The notes beneath the pieces were generated by a model, which saw only the letters and a program-made list of their open reading frames with translations, was not told where the DNA came from and made no database searches. This document shows, in pieces, positions 19,750 through 29,170 of a stretch of 58,998 bases of DNA. This DNA is from Bacillota bacterium (GTDB lineage: Bacteria > Bacillota > Clostridia > Oscillospirales > CAG-272). The stretch is taken from the NCBI GenBank assembly GCA_029219205.1, contig JAQXSY010000030.1:1-58998 (forward strand), given 5' to 3'. Numbering within the stretch: the stretch's first letter is position 1; every line of letters starts with the position of its first letter. Both the position numbers and the translations under genes were made by a program.

Positions 19750-20238
19750 TTACAGATTCATTGCGATTGTTCCGGATCTGATCATATCAAGGATTCCAAA
19801 TGGCTCAAACGCTTTTATAACGCCTTCGAGCTTCTGTTCTCCTCCGGAAACTTCGAGAATAACGCAGTTTTCCCTGACAGACGCAATTCTCGCGTCCATT
19901 GCATCGGCAAGACGTATGATGTCGGCGCGTTCTTCAGGTTTTGCCGCCGTTTTCAGCAGCATAAGCTCGCTCGACACGCATTCGACGTCGTCCGCCGTAA
20001 ATATTGTTATTACCTCCATTATCCGTCCGAGCTGCCTGACAAGAAGGTCAAGCTCGTCTTTTGTGCTTATTACGGATATTGTCAGGTGATACACCTCGCG
20101 GCGTTTCGTTATACAGGTAACAAAGCTTTCGATATTGTATCCGCGCCGGGTAAACAAACCGGATATACGTGAAACAACGCCCGGATTGTTGTCGACCCGG
20201 GCAACAATTATATGTTTTGAAACACCCGGCTTTATCAT
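19750..20238 (-). CDS. ilvN: acetolactate synthase small (regulatory) subunit-like ACT protein
   Basis: 162 aa with the N-terminal ACT motif VDNNPGVVSRISGLFTRRGYNIESF and a C-terminal ALS small-subunit-like half. No catalytic subunit is adjacent. Confidence 0.78.
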   Translation of the reverse strand: MIKPGVSKHIIVARVDNNPGVVSRISGLFTRRGYNIESFVTCITKRREVYHLTISVISTKDELDLLVRQLGRIMEVITIFTADDVECVSSELMLLKTAAKPEERADIIRLADAMDARIASVRENCVILEVSGGEQKLEGVIKAFEPFGILDMIRSGTIAMNL

Positions 20239-20277
20239 TTTGCAAAAGCTTCTCCTTCCTGTGTCTTTTTATTGTTT

Positions 20278-20604
20278 TCAGTGCTTTGCCGTAAGCTTTA
20301 TTAATTTGCTTATATTGTCCGGCTGCACTTTTGCTTCGTGCGCCGCCTTGTTTCGGCGGACAGCTCCGCATTTTGTACAGCGGTGTATTATTACAAAGCC
20401 GCGTCGCGGGTCCGTCTCCGCTCCGACAGGCTCCATGAGTCCGCCGCATTCCGCCGCCCGGTCGCCCGGGTTTACGTCAAGGTGAATCGACCAAAGGCAA
20501 AATGGGCAGTGGTTCCGTGAAGAATACCCGAGCGGTTCAACTTTTTTGCCGCAGTGAGCGCATATAAACCCTTCATCAAGCTTTGTAAATTTTCTGTTGT
20601 CCAT
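20278..20604 (-). CDS. RNHCP-domain zinc-ribbon protein
   Basis: 108 aa with CAHCGK, the literal SRNHCPFCLWS and CTKCG cysteine pairs. Confidence 0.7.
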   Translation of the reverse strand: MDNRKFTKLDEGFICAHCGKKVEPLGYSSRNHCPFCLWSIHLDVNPGDRAAECGGLMEPVGAETDPRRGFVIIHRCTKCGAVRRNKAAHEAKVQPDNISKLIKLTAKH

Positions 20605-20708
20605 TTTTTAATCACCCCGACTGCTCAAGAGATTTTTTCAAAACCGTTCAAGAACATTCCGAATAAAAACTTATACCGCCGCCGCTTCGTTACGCAGGCG
20701 TGATTCTT

Positions 20709-23594
20709 TTATTCGGTAAAGTCCTCGCCGTTCACAACCATCTCCATATACCGCTCTTTTGAAATAAGCACGCTGCGCGGTTTTTGTCCGTCGGGCGGGC
20801 TGACTATTCCCATTTCCTGCATCGCGTCGATGAGCTTTGCCGCTCTTCCGTATCCGAGAGACAGTCTCCGCTGTATAAGCGACGTGGAAATTTTTCCGCT
20901 TTCGACCGCAAGCTCTATCGCGGCTTTCAGCATAGAGTCATGGTCTCCTCCGCCGGCTTCATCCGGCGCGGCAAACCCAGCTCCCGCTCCGGATTTTTTG
21001 TTCTGACCGCACTGCTCCGCGGCACGGTCAATGCTTTCCATAATATCGCTGCTGTAAACGCTTGTCGCCTGCGCCTTTATGAACCCGACGATATTTTCAA
21101 CCTCATTTTCGCTGACAAAAGAGCCCTGAACGCGCATCGGTTTTGACGCTGACACCGGCGAATACAGCATATCGCCGCGCCCGATCAGCTTTTCCGCTCC
21201 CGCCATATCTATTATCGTACGCGAGTCTATCTGCGAAGATACGGTAAATGCGATTCTTGACGGCACGTTCGCCTTTATAAGTCCTGTGATTACGTCAACC
21301 GAAGGACGCTGCGTGCCGATTATCAGATGCATACCTGCAGCTCTCGCTTTCTGCGCAAGTCGGCAAATCGAAGTCTCAACGTCGTTTGACGCCGTCATCA
21401 TCAGGTCGGCAAGCTCGTCTATAATAATGACTATTTGAGGCAGAAATTCCTTATCGGGATCGTCTTTTGTCACAGCGTTGTAGTTTTTCAGGTCACGAAC
21501 TCCAACCTCTTCAATCAGATCAAAGCGGCGTTCCATTTCGGTTACCGCCCACTGAAGCGCACCCGCAGCCTTTTTCGGATCGCTCACGACCGGAACAAGC
21601 AGATGAGGCAGGCCGTTGTAAATATTCAGCTCAACCTTCTTCGGATCGACGAGAATCAGCTTGACCTCGTCAGGATTTGCCTTGTAAAGCAGGCTGACAA
21701 TCATTGAATTGATACATACGGATTTACCCATACCGGTAGCTCCTGCGATAAGCAGGTGCGGCATTTTTGCAATGTCAAGAAATACCGGGGAACCGGCGAC
21801 GTCAACACCGAGACACACGTTGATACGGCTCGGCGCATTTCTGAACTGAGGGGTGTCGATAAGCTCGCGCAGGTATACCGTTGAGACCGTTTTATTCGGC
21901 ACTTCTATTCCAACCGCGGCTTTTCCCGGTATCGGCGCCTCGATTCTGACGCCGGTCGTCGCAAGATTAAGCGCAATGTCATCGACCAGATTGGCTATCG
22001 CCCTTACGCGTATGCCTTCTTCGGGCTGAAGCTCGTATCTCGTTATTGTTGGTCCGCGTGAAACATTTACAATCTTTGTTCTTACTTTAAAGGAGCGCAG
22101 AGTTTCAACAAGCTTTGCGGCGTTTGTATGAAGCTCTTCACTTATGTCGGTGTTTTTGGGCGAAGTATCGAGATTTAGCAGTGAAATCGGAGGGAAAACG
22201 TATTCCGGCTTTTCTTCCTTTTCGGGTCCTTCGCCTCCAAGGAGCTGACGTGTTACGGTAAGCGCGCTGTCATCGTCCTTTGACTCGGACTCGCGTATTT
22301 TCGCCATTCGCTCTTCTTCAAGCTCCTTCTGCGAGCGCGTGAAGCGTTCGAGCACGTCGATTCCCTCTTTGTCGATAAGCTCTGCCGTCTCGTTTTTTTT
22401 CGGAACAGACTTTACAGTCGTTTTAACCGGAGCTATATATTCTGTTCTGACATTGTCGTCGATATCGAAGGGAGGAGAATCGTCTTCCTCGGACTCAAGC
22501 TCGGGGGTTTCCGACTCTTCTTCAAACAGATTATCCGCTTGACGCGCTTCCTCGCAAACAGCAGTTTGCGTTTCTTCTGTGTCCGGAATTGTTCCGGTAT
22601 CATCGCCGTAGGGCAGATCGCTGGTTTCTCTTACAACCTCATCATAAACATCGCCGTCCGGCTCTCCTTCGGTTTCGTAATCGTCTATATCAGGAATCTC
22701 GTCCGGTTCTTCATCCTGAACGCCGCCGTTTATTCCGTCGTCAACCTCAACCTCGGGAACAAAACGGCGTTTATCGTATAGGTCTGCCTGCGGATTAAAG
22801 CGCCGGCGTCCTCCGACAGGTTCCTCCGCAGGCTGCTCTCCGAGTTCCGGACTCGGTTTTTGCGACAGTATGTATTTTTTACGCACAGGCTGCGGCTCTG
22901 CACGGTTTTTGCGCTCCTCCCGCGCTTTGTGAAATTTGTAGGCAAGATAAAGCCATACGGAATAGGGCGTAAGACCGAAAAGAAAAAGCGTAAGCAGAAC
23001 AAGGACGGATATACCTATGATGTGCGCGCCGACTATACCGACAGTACGTCTCAGCGCCTCGCCGATCACACCGCCGACCGCACCGCCTCCGAGCAGAGAC
23101 GTTCCGTCGTCCCACAAAACCGATAGCGTAAACGTCCGGCTTCCTCCCGCCCAAAAATGCAGCATAGACGAAAGGTCAACAAGCAGCCAGCCGGCAAAAA
23201 CCGCCTTTGCTCCTTCCCGTCCCGATTTTATGTCTCTGTTCCAGAATACAACAATTACAATGATAAGAACCGGTATCGCAAACGCGCCGCCTCCGAACAA
23301 TCCGTACAGTATACGCCGCGTCCATTCGCCGACAATTCCGGTCACGTTGTTTGAAAAGAAACAGACTGTTATGAATATCGCGGCAACCGCAAGTATATAC
23401 GGTACAAGCAGCTTCATCAGCCCCGGATCAGTTTGTTTTTCTTCTTTTTCAATTACCTGTCCGCGCTTCTGAGGCCTTTTTTCTGCCGCCTTGCCGGCGC
23501 TTTTGCGTGCATTTCCGGATGATTTTGTTCCGTTTGTCTTCCTTGCCGCCTGAGCAGCTTTGGTTTTTGCTCCTCTGCCCGTTTTTTCTGGCAT
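20709..23594 (-). CDS. ftsK: DNA translocase FtsK/SpoIIIE
   Basis: 961 aa with a basic N-terminus, 4-5 TM helices and an acidic low-complexity linker. Motor domain has Walker A GATGMGKS and Walker B IVIIIDELADL. C-terminal gamma winged helix reads LIQRRLSLGYGRAAKLID. Confidence 0.94.
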   Translation of the reverse strand: MPEKTGRGAKTKAAQAARKTNGTKSSGNARKSAGKAAEKRPQKRGQVIEKEEKQTDPGLMKLLVPYILAVAAIFITVCFFSNNVTGIVGEWTRRILYGLFGGGAFAIPVLIIVIVVFWNRDIKSGREGAKAVFAGWLLVDLSSMLHFWAGGSRTFTLSVLWDDGTSLLGGGAVGGVIGEALRRTVGIVGAHIIGISVLVLLTLFLFGLTPYSVWLYLAYKFHKAREERKNRAEPQPVRKKYILSQKPSPELGEQPAEEPVGGRRRFNPQADLYDKRRFVPEVEVDDGINGGVQDEEPDEIPDIDDYETEGEPDGDVYDEVVRETSDLPYGDDTGTIPDTEETQTAVCEEARQADNLFEEESETPELESEEDDSPPFDIDDNVRTEYIAPVKTTVKSVPKKNETAELIDKEGIDVLERFTRSQKELEEERMAKIRESESKDDDSALTVTRQLLGGEGPEKEEKPEYVFPPISLLNLDTSPKNTDISEELHTNAAKLVETLRSFKVRTKIVNVSRGPTITRYELQPEEGIRVRAIANLVDDIALNLATTGVRIEAPIPGKAAVGIEVPNKTVSTVYLRELIDTPQFRNAPSRINVCLGVDVAGSPVFLDIAKMPHLLIAGATGMGKSVCINSMIVSLLYKANPDEVKLILVDPKKVELNIYNGLPHLLVPVVSDPKKAAGALQWAVTEMERRFDLIEEVGVRDLKNYNAVTKDDPDKEFLPQIVIIIDELADLMMTASNDVETSICRLAQKARAAGMHLIIGTQRPSVDVITGLIKANVPSRIAFTVSSQIDSRTIIDMAGAEKLIGRGDMLYSPVSASKPMRVQGSFVSENEVENIVGFIKAQATSVYSSDIMESIDRAAEQCGQNKKSGAGAGFAAPDEAGGGDHDSMLKAAIELAVESGKISTSLIQRRLSLGYGRAAKLIDAMQEMGIVSPPDGQKPRSVLISKERYMEMVVNGEDFTE

Positions 23595-23800
23595 TTATAT
23601 TTCCGTACCTTTCTAACTGATCTGAGTTGAATTTTTCAGGCTGTATGATATCAAGCCCGTTATTAAGATAAAAGTCCAAAAAGCCGCTTATGTGCCGCCG
23701 TTTTACTGATTCTGCGGAGCAGCGCGACATTTTGTATATATTACGCGGAGAAATTATTCGTTTCCCGGTTCAGCCCAAGCAACGGAATACAATATGGCGT

Positions 23801-26044
23801 TCAAAGTGAAATCTTTTTGACAAAGCTTCCGGCCGCCCGGGATTCTCTGTCCATAGCGGTAAGAATTATTATCTGCATACCTGCCTTTTCGGAAAGACCG
23901 CGCAGAAGATGCATTGTGTTGGCAAGTCTGTCATCGTCAAGCCGTGCAAAGCTTTCGTCAAAAATCAGCGGCGGCGCTGATTTGCGGTAAAGCAGATTTA
24001 TAAGCGCAAGTCTCAGGCTAATATAAGCGGCATCCGACGTACCCGCGCTCATATACGATGAATCGAACGTCATTTCGCCTCCGCCGCAATCCGGCGTAAA
24101 TGTGATTGCCATCGAACGGTCGACGCCTATCGTATCATACTTTCCTCCGGTCATAACCGACATGGCTCTTCCGGCATATTCGGACAAACGCGGCGAAAGA
24201 GTATCCCTCAATCCGTTACCCGCGGCGGAAAGCGCGTCGTATGCCATAACGTACGCGTCATGGCGGGCGGTAAGTTTGTCAAGCTTGTACCTAAGCGCTT
24301 CTTCTTTTTCATAAAGTTCCGACGGATGCTCGGCTTTCGCACATAGCCCGGACAATCTGACTTCAAGTTCATGCGTCTTTTCACGCATGGATTCGTTCGC
24401 TTTTGTTAAAAATTCAAAACCTCTGCGCGCCTCTTTCGGATTAAAATCCGCCGGAAGCTCCGCCGGCTCTTCTGGCTCGTTTTCAAATTCCGACTCGCTC
24501 AGCTGTTCCGAAGCGCTGTTATATGCGGCGCGGTATTTATCCGTCTCCGCGCTCAACGCTGCGATCTCTTCAATCGCCTTTTCCGCTTTCTTTGCGGTTG
24601 CGTCTGCGTCGGTTCCGCCATAGCGCCTGCATTCGTCTCTCAGCGCCAGCTCAGCGGATGAACGTTTCAGTTCCGACACCGCTCTTTCCGCCTCGAGCTT
24701 TTCCTTTTCGGAAGGCTTTTCCTTGATTTCGGTCTTTTCAGTCAGATTCTCGTCGGTTATTTTCATAAATTCAACAGTATCTGCCACGCTAAGCCGATCG
24801 TAAATAGTATCAATTTCATTTTGACAGCGCTTTGAACTCACAACACAGACGATCGTTCCGAAAAGCAGCGCCGCTGCCGCAACTCCAAGCAAAATACCGT
24901 AAACTGCGTTCAGCATAAACAGAAATACCGCCAAAGCAGCCACGCCGACGAACAGCGCCGAAGCGGCGACGCCGAGCCATGTCATAAGACGTCTGCGCGA
25001 CGAAATCTCGTCAACCTGAATGCGGAGCGCATCTTTTCCGCCGCACCGGCTGAAAAAGGCTTCTCTCTCAAGCTCGACCGGATTGACTGAGGCTTTTGTT
25101 TTCTCCTCCTCAATTCCGGCAGTCAGGATTGCCGAATCAAGCGAAGCCAACCGGCGGTCAGCCATGTCAAGCTCCTTTTCAAGCGTCCTCAGTTTTGAAA
25201 TATATTCAGCGTCCGGCAGGAACCCGTCGTATGTATACTCTCTTTTCAAAGCCTCAAGCTTTTTTTCATTATTTTCAAGCTGCTCTTTCAACGCTCCGAT
25301 GCTTCTCAGTCGTCTGCTTTTTTCTTTCGCCGCATATGCGAGAAGCTGTTTCTTCAGCAAGCTTAACTTAACGTCGTTCTCGTCCATGCGGTATTTCAGA
25401 TCGGCAAGCGTGCCCTCGGTTGATATAATTTCATTATTTATTTCCGACGCTCCGATTCGCGCTTCGCGGCAAGCTTCGATCTCGCGGCTCAGTTCGAATA
25501 TTTTTCCCCCCTTGCCGTTTTTGTGAAGCAGCTCCACTCTCGCCTCGTCGATTTTTTTGAGCGCTCTCTGCAGATTCACGCTCTCGTCTGCCGAAAAAAG
25601 TATATTGTCGGCAGCTTCTCCGATATTTTTTCCGTTAACTTTGCCTCCGTCAAGCTGCCTTACGTACGATGTGTTTACATAAAGCTCCTCCGGAACTCCG
25701 AAAAACCGCTCTCCGGGATTTGCTCCGTCCGCGATCACGGTATTTCCCTCAAGTTCAACAATCTTGCAGGTATCTCGTGTACCGACCGTTCTGCGTTCGA
25801 TCCGGTATCTTTTGCCTCCGTCCGAAACAACAAGACTGCCTTCCGCAGTACTTGTGCCGAAGCTTAAATACCGCTCGCGCTCCGGTTTTCCCGAAAAACC
25901 GTAAAATATGTATTTTATAAACGCCGCCGCCGTACTCTTGCCGGATTCGTTCGCTCCTTCGATTATGTTCATTCCCCCGGAAAGTCCGAGCGAAACGCCG
26001 CGGAGATTACCGAACGCAGTTATATTTATGCTCTCTATATACAT
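23801..26044 (-). CDS. SbcC/YhaN-like AAA ATPase with central membrane hairpin
   Basis: 747 aa with N-terminal Walker A GANESGKST and long coiled coils. Two central TM helices (WLGVAASALFVGVAALAVFLF...LLGVAAAALLFGTIVCVV). C-terminal signature-like SAGTSD and Walker B LIFDESFARLDD. Confidence 0.72.
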   Translation of the reverse strand: MYIESINITAFGNLRGVSLGLSGGMNIIEGANESGKSTAAAFIKYIFYGFSGKPERERYLSFGTSTAEGSLVVSDGGKRYRIERRTVGTRDTCKIVELEGNTVIADGANPGERFFGVPEELYVNTSYVRQLDGGKVNGKNIGEAADNILFSADESVNLQRALKKIDEARVELLHKNGKGGKIFELSREIEACREARIGASEINNEIISTEGTLADLKYRMDENDVKLSLLKKQLLAYAAKEKSRRLRSIGALKEQLENNEKKLEALKREYTYDGFLPDAEYISKLRTLEKELDMADRRLASLDSAILTAGIEEEKTKASVNPVELEREAFFSRCGGKDALRIQVDEISSRRRLMTWLGVAASALFVGVAALAVFLFMLNAVYGILLGVAAAALLFGTIVCVVSSKRCQNEIDTIYDRLSVADTVEFMKITDENLTEKTEIKEKPSEKEKLEAERAVSELKRSSAELALRDECRRYGGTDADATAKKAEKAIEEIAALSAETDKYRAAYNSASEQLSESEFENEPEEPAELPADFNPKEARRGFEFLTKANESMREKTHELEVRLSGLCAKAEHPSELYEKEEALRYKLDKLTARHDAYVMAYDALSAAGNGLRDTLSPRLSEYAGRAMSVMTGGKYDTIGVDRSMAITFTPDCGGGEMTFDSSYMSAGTSDAAYISLRLALINLLYRKSAPPLIFDESFARLDDDRLANTMHLLRGLSEKAGMQIIILTAMDRESRAAGSFVKKISL

Positions 26045-26100
26045 CGATTTTATCCTTTCGCAAAGGAGCGGAATTTTCTAAAAACAGCTTGTTGCGGGCT

Positions 26101-27378
26101 TCATCCGAGCATAACGGCGCCCTCTGCACGGATTGAAAGCGGAGTGCACGATCCCTTTCCGAACACCTTCTCCATTCCCTCGGTATACATTCCGACCGCC
26201 TCATGAGGGACAAACGCCTGAACCGTTCCGGCAAATCCGCCGCCGTGTACACGGTACGCCGCTTTTTTGTCACGGAGCAGATACTCGCTCATGAAAAGCG
26301 CAAGAGAAACGCCCTGCTCGTATATGTTCTTAACCGTAAAGCAGTTCTGAAGCCACATAAAGCTTGAACGGCCCGATTCTTTAACTCCGTCAAGAAATGC
26401 GTCAAGGTCTCCTCTCTTCAGCGCGTCAGACTGAAACGCAACTCTGTCGTTTTCCGTTATAAAATGAAAAGCTCTCAAAATTGCGCGGTCTCCCACCGTT
26501 TCGCGAAGCTCCGGTACTTTTTCGGCAATTTCCTCAATGGAAAGACCGCGGAGCACATCGCGTCCGAACTTCGACGCAACAAGCTTCATGTCCGACGGCA
26601 CAGAGGCGTAATCCTCGTTGAGATCCGCGTGATTTCCGCCGGTATCAGTTATACAGAGGCTGTATCCCGCCGCTGTCAAATCAAAAGGAAGCTTTTCGAT
26701 CTTTGCGGCTACAGGATCGATAAAATCTATTGCGATGAATCCGCCGACCGCGCAGGCAGTCTGATCCATAAGTCCGCAGGGCTTTCCGAAAAACTCGTTT
26801 TCTGCGTACTGCGCAATTCTCGCAACCTCGGGCTCGTCCGCTTTGCCTTCGTTGTAAAGGTAGTTGAGTAGCGTTCCGATCATAACCTCAAACGCCGCAG
26901 ACGACGAAAGACCGCTTCCCTTTTTAACATTTGAAGTCGTAAAAGCGTCAAATCCTCCGACATCATAGCCTTCTTTCAGAAATCCGGCTCCCATACCCTT
27001 TATAAGCGCCGCGGACGAATACTTTTTACAGTCGTTTTTACCGTCTGTTACAGACACGGTGTCCGCGTCAAAGCCTTCGCTTTTGACAGTGGCGATGCCG
27101 TCGTCCCTTTTGGAAGCAATCGCGATTATATCCAGATCAACCGCCGCCGCAAGTACGCATCCTCTGTTATGATCGGTATGATTCCCTGAAATTTCGCTTC
27201 TTCCGGGAACCGAAAAAACGTGCACGTCCCTGTCTGAGCCGAACAGTTCGCAAAAGGACTCCGCCGCTTTTGCATATCGAATGCGCTGAATTTCAATGGC
27301 GTCTTTTCCGTAAAGTCTTGCAAAGGAAGCGTCAAATCCGCCGTTTTTTATTTTATCAGTGAGTTCTGTAATTTTCAT
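26101..27378 (-). CDS. galK: galactokinase
   Basis: 425 aa with the galactokinase signature GRSEISGNHTDHNRG and the GHMP motif GSGLSSSAAFEV. Confidence 0.92.
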   Translation of the reverse strand: MKITELTDKIKNGGFDASFARLYGKDAIEIQRIRYAKAAESFCELFGSDRDVHVFSVPGRSEISGNHTDHNRGCVLAAAVDLDIIAIASKRDDGIATVKSEGFDADTVSVTDGKNDCKKYSSAALIKGMGAGFLKEGYDVGGFDAFTTSNVKKGSGLSSSAAFEVMIGTLLNYLYNEGKADEPEVARIAQYAENEFFGKPCGLMDQTACAVGGFIAIDFIDPVAAKIEKLPFDLTAAGYSLCITDTGGNHADLNEDYASVPSDMKLVASKFGRDVLRGLSIEEIAEKVPELRETVGDRAILRAFHFITENDRVAFQSDALKRGDLDAFLDGVKESGRSSFMWLQNCFTVKNIYEQGVSLALFMSEYLLRDKKAAYRVHGGGFAGTVQAFVPHEAVGMYTEGMEKVFGKGSCTPLSIRAEGAVMLG

Positions 27379-27445
27379 AAATCAATCTCCGTTTTCGTAT
27401 TTCTTCTGACGATTATATCATTTAAATGTTCCAGTTACAATAGTT

Positions 27446-29065
27446 TTACCGGGATTTGCTTCGAAATCTTCTCATAATTGCAAGAGCACAGGCTATCCCG
27501 TCGGACGCGGCCGAGGTTATTCCTCCCGCATATCCGGCTCCTTCTCCCGCCGGATAAATATTATCAAAACCGTCGGCAGTCATATTTTCAAGCCTCGGTA
27601 TGCGAAGCGGCGACGAAGTCCTCGTTTCGACTCCCGTTAAAACTGCGTCCTTGGCGGCGAACACTCCGCGCGTACCGAGCTTTCCGTCCATAGCCGATAT
27701 GCCTTCTTTGAGCGCGCCGGTTATATATGCCGGGAAAATCTTTCCTATATCGGTCATGTTCACGTTTCCTCCCATATATGTCGGAAGGATTCTGCCCGGA
27801 AGCGAACCGCTTTTTCCGTTTAGAAAATCGCCGAGCGTCTGACATGGAGCCGAGTAAGCTTTCGCCCCGCCGGTGCCGGATTCGTATGCCGCTCTTTCAA
27901 GCCTTCGCTGAAATGCAATCCCGCCTCCGAAACTTTCGGCAAGCTCGCAGCTTACGGATACGGCAACCGCGGAGTTTGAGTTTTTCCCGTCTCGTGCGTG
28001 ACGGCTCATTCCGTTTACAACAACTCCGCCCTCTTCCGACGCGGCCGCGACAACCTCTCCGCCCGGACACATACAGAACGTATAAACGCCGGTTCCGTCG
28101 CCCAAACGGTGCGAAAGCTGATATTCGGCATGTCCAAGAGACTCCATTCCCGCGAATCTGCCGTACATTGCCTCGTCGATATCGCACTGCAGGTGCTCAA
28201 TTCTGACTCCGACCGAAAACGGCTTCGGTACAAGCGCAATCCCGCGCGCTCCGAGCATTCCGAACGTGTCCCTGGCGCTGTGACCGGTACACAAAACGAG
28301 AGCGCCGCACGGTATATCGCCGCGGTTTGTCGCAATTCCTACGGCCGAACCGTTTTTAATCAGTATATCGTCCACACGCGTATTGTACAGTATTTTGCCG
28401 CCGAGGCTTTCTATACGCGCGGCAAGCTTTTCCACTATGCCGTACAGCACGTCCGTGCCGACATGAGGCTTGGCATTTGTCAGTATGTCTTCGGGCGCTC
28501 CGAATTCGTAAAATTTTTCAAGCACAAACCGAACCGCCGGATCGTTTATCCTTGTAACCAGCTTTCCGTCGGAAAATGTTCCGGCTCCGCCGGCGCCGAA
28601 TTGTATGTTTGACTCCGGGTCAAGCTTGCCGTCTGCGTAAAATTTCTCAACCGACGCTCTCCGCTCTTTAACCGAACCACCGCGTTCAACGACCACAGGC
28701 GCATATCCGTTTTCGGCAAGCATCAGCGCGCAGAACATGCCGCAGGGACCGAACCCGACTATGACAGGCGGCGCCTGAAGCGGCTCGTTCCCTAATATAA
28801 GTCCGTCCGTCGGACATTTGGTTTCCAGCACCGAAGCGTCGCACTCGGCAAGCTTTTTCGGATCGGTACCGTCCGGAATCTCCGCAGACGCTGAGCATAT
28901 CAGCGAAATTCGATCCCTCCGTCTGGCGTCGACCGACCGTTTATACAGCGATATGGAGCTCACATCCCGCCCGGCTGCAGCGAAAAGACGCTTTTTCACC
29001 GCCGTTTCAAGCTCCTGAGCGGAATACGACGGCGAAAGCCGCAGGTTTCTCACGATTATTCTCAT
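27446..29065 (-). CDS. FAD-dependent oxidoreductase (COG2509-like uncharacterised dehydrogenase)
   Basis: 539 aa with an N-terminal ferredoxin-like leader region, dinucleotide motif VIVGFGPCGMFCALMLAE and C-terminal GEGAGYAGGI. Confidence 0.78.
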   Translation of the reverse strand: MRIIVRNLRLSPSYSAQELETAVKKRLFAAAGRDVSSISLYKRSVDARRRDRISLICSASAEIPDGTDPKKLAECDASVLETKCPTDGLILGNEPLQAPPVIVGFGPCGMFCALMLAENGYAPVVVERGGSVKERRASVEKFYADGKLDPESNIQFGAGGAGTFSDGKLVTRINDPAVRFVLEKFYEFGAPEDILTNAKPHVGTDVLYGIVEKLAARIESLGGKILYNTRVDDILIKNGSAVGIATNRGDIPCGALVLCTGHSARDTFGMLGARGIALVPKPFSVGVRIEHLQCDIDEAMYGRFAGMESLGHAEYQLSHRLGDGTGVYTFCMCPGGEVVAAASEEGGVVVNGMSRHARDGKNSNSAVAVSVSCELAESFGGGIAFQRRLERAAYESGTGGAKAYSAPCQTLGDFLNGKSGSLPGRILPTYMGGNVNMTDIGKIFPAYITGALKEGISAMDGKLGTRGVFAAKDAVLTGVETRTSSPLRIPRLENMTADGFDNIYPAGEGAGYAGGITSAASDGIACALAIMRRFRSKSR

Positions 29066-29170
29066 TTTTATGGATTTTTCTCCGATATTATCAAATTTCC
29101 GAATAAAGCATTCAAGCGCCGTTGTCGAGCGGCGCTTCAGCGTTTGTTTTTAATGCCTGTGCGATTTCGG

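Noticed and set aside
22339-22800. Low-complexity acidic, repeat-like stretch in the middle of ftsK. It generates several overlapping small ORFs on the opposite strand.
   Set aside because: It is the usual disordered Asp/Glu/Pro-rich linker between the FtsK membrane and motor domains. It is not a DNA-level tandem repeat or a separate gene.
23449-23730. 93-aa minus-strand ORF upstream of and overlapping the ftsK start.
   Set aside because: It overlaps the well-supported ftsK 5' end in another frame and is very basic and low-complexity, with no RBS.
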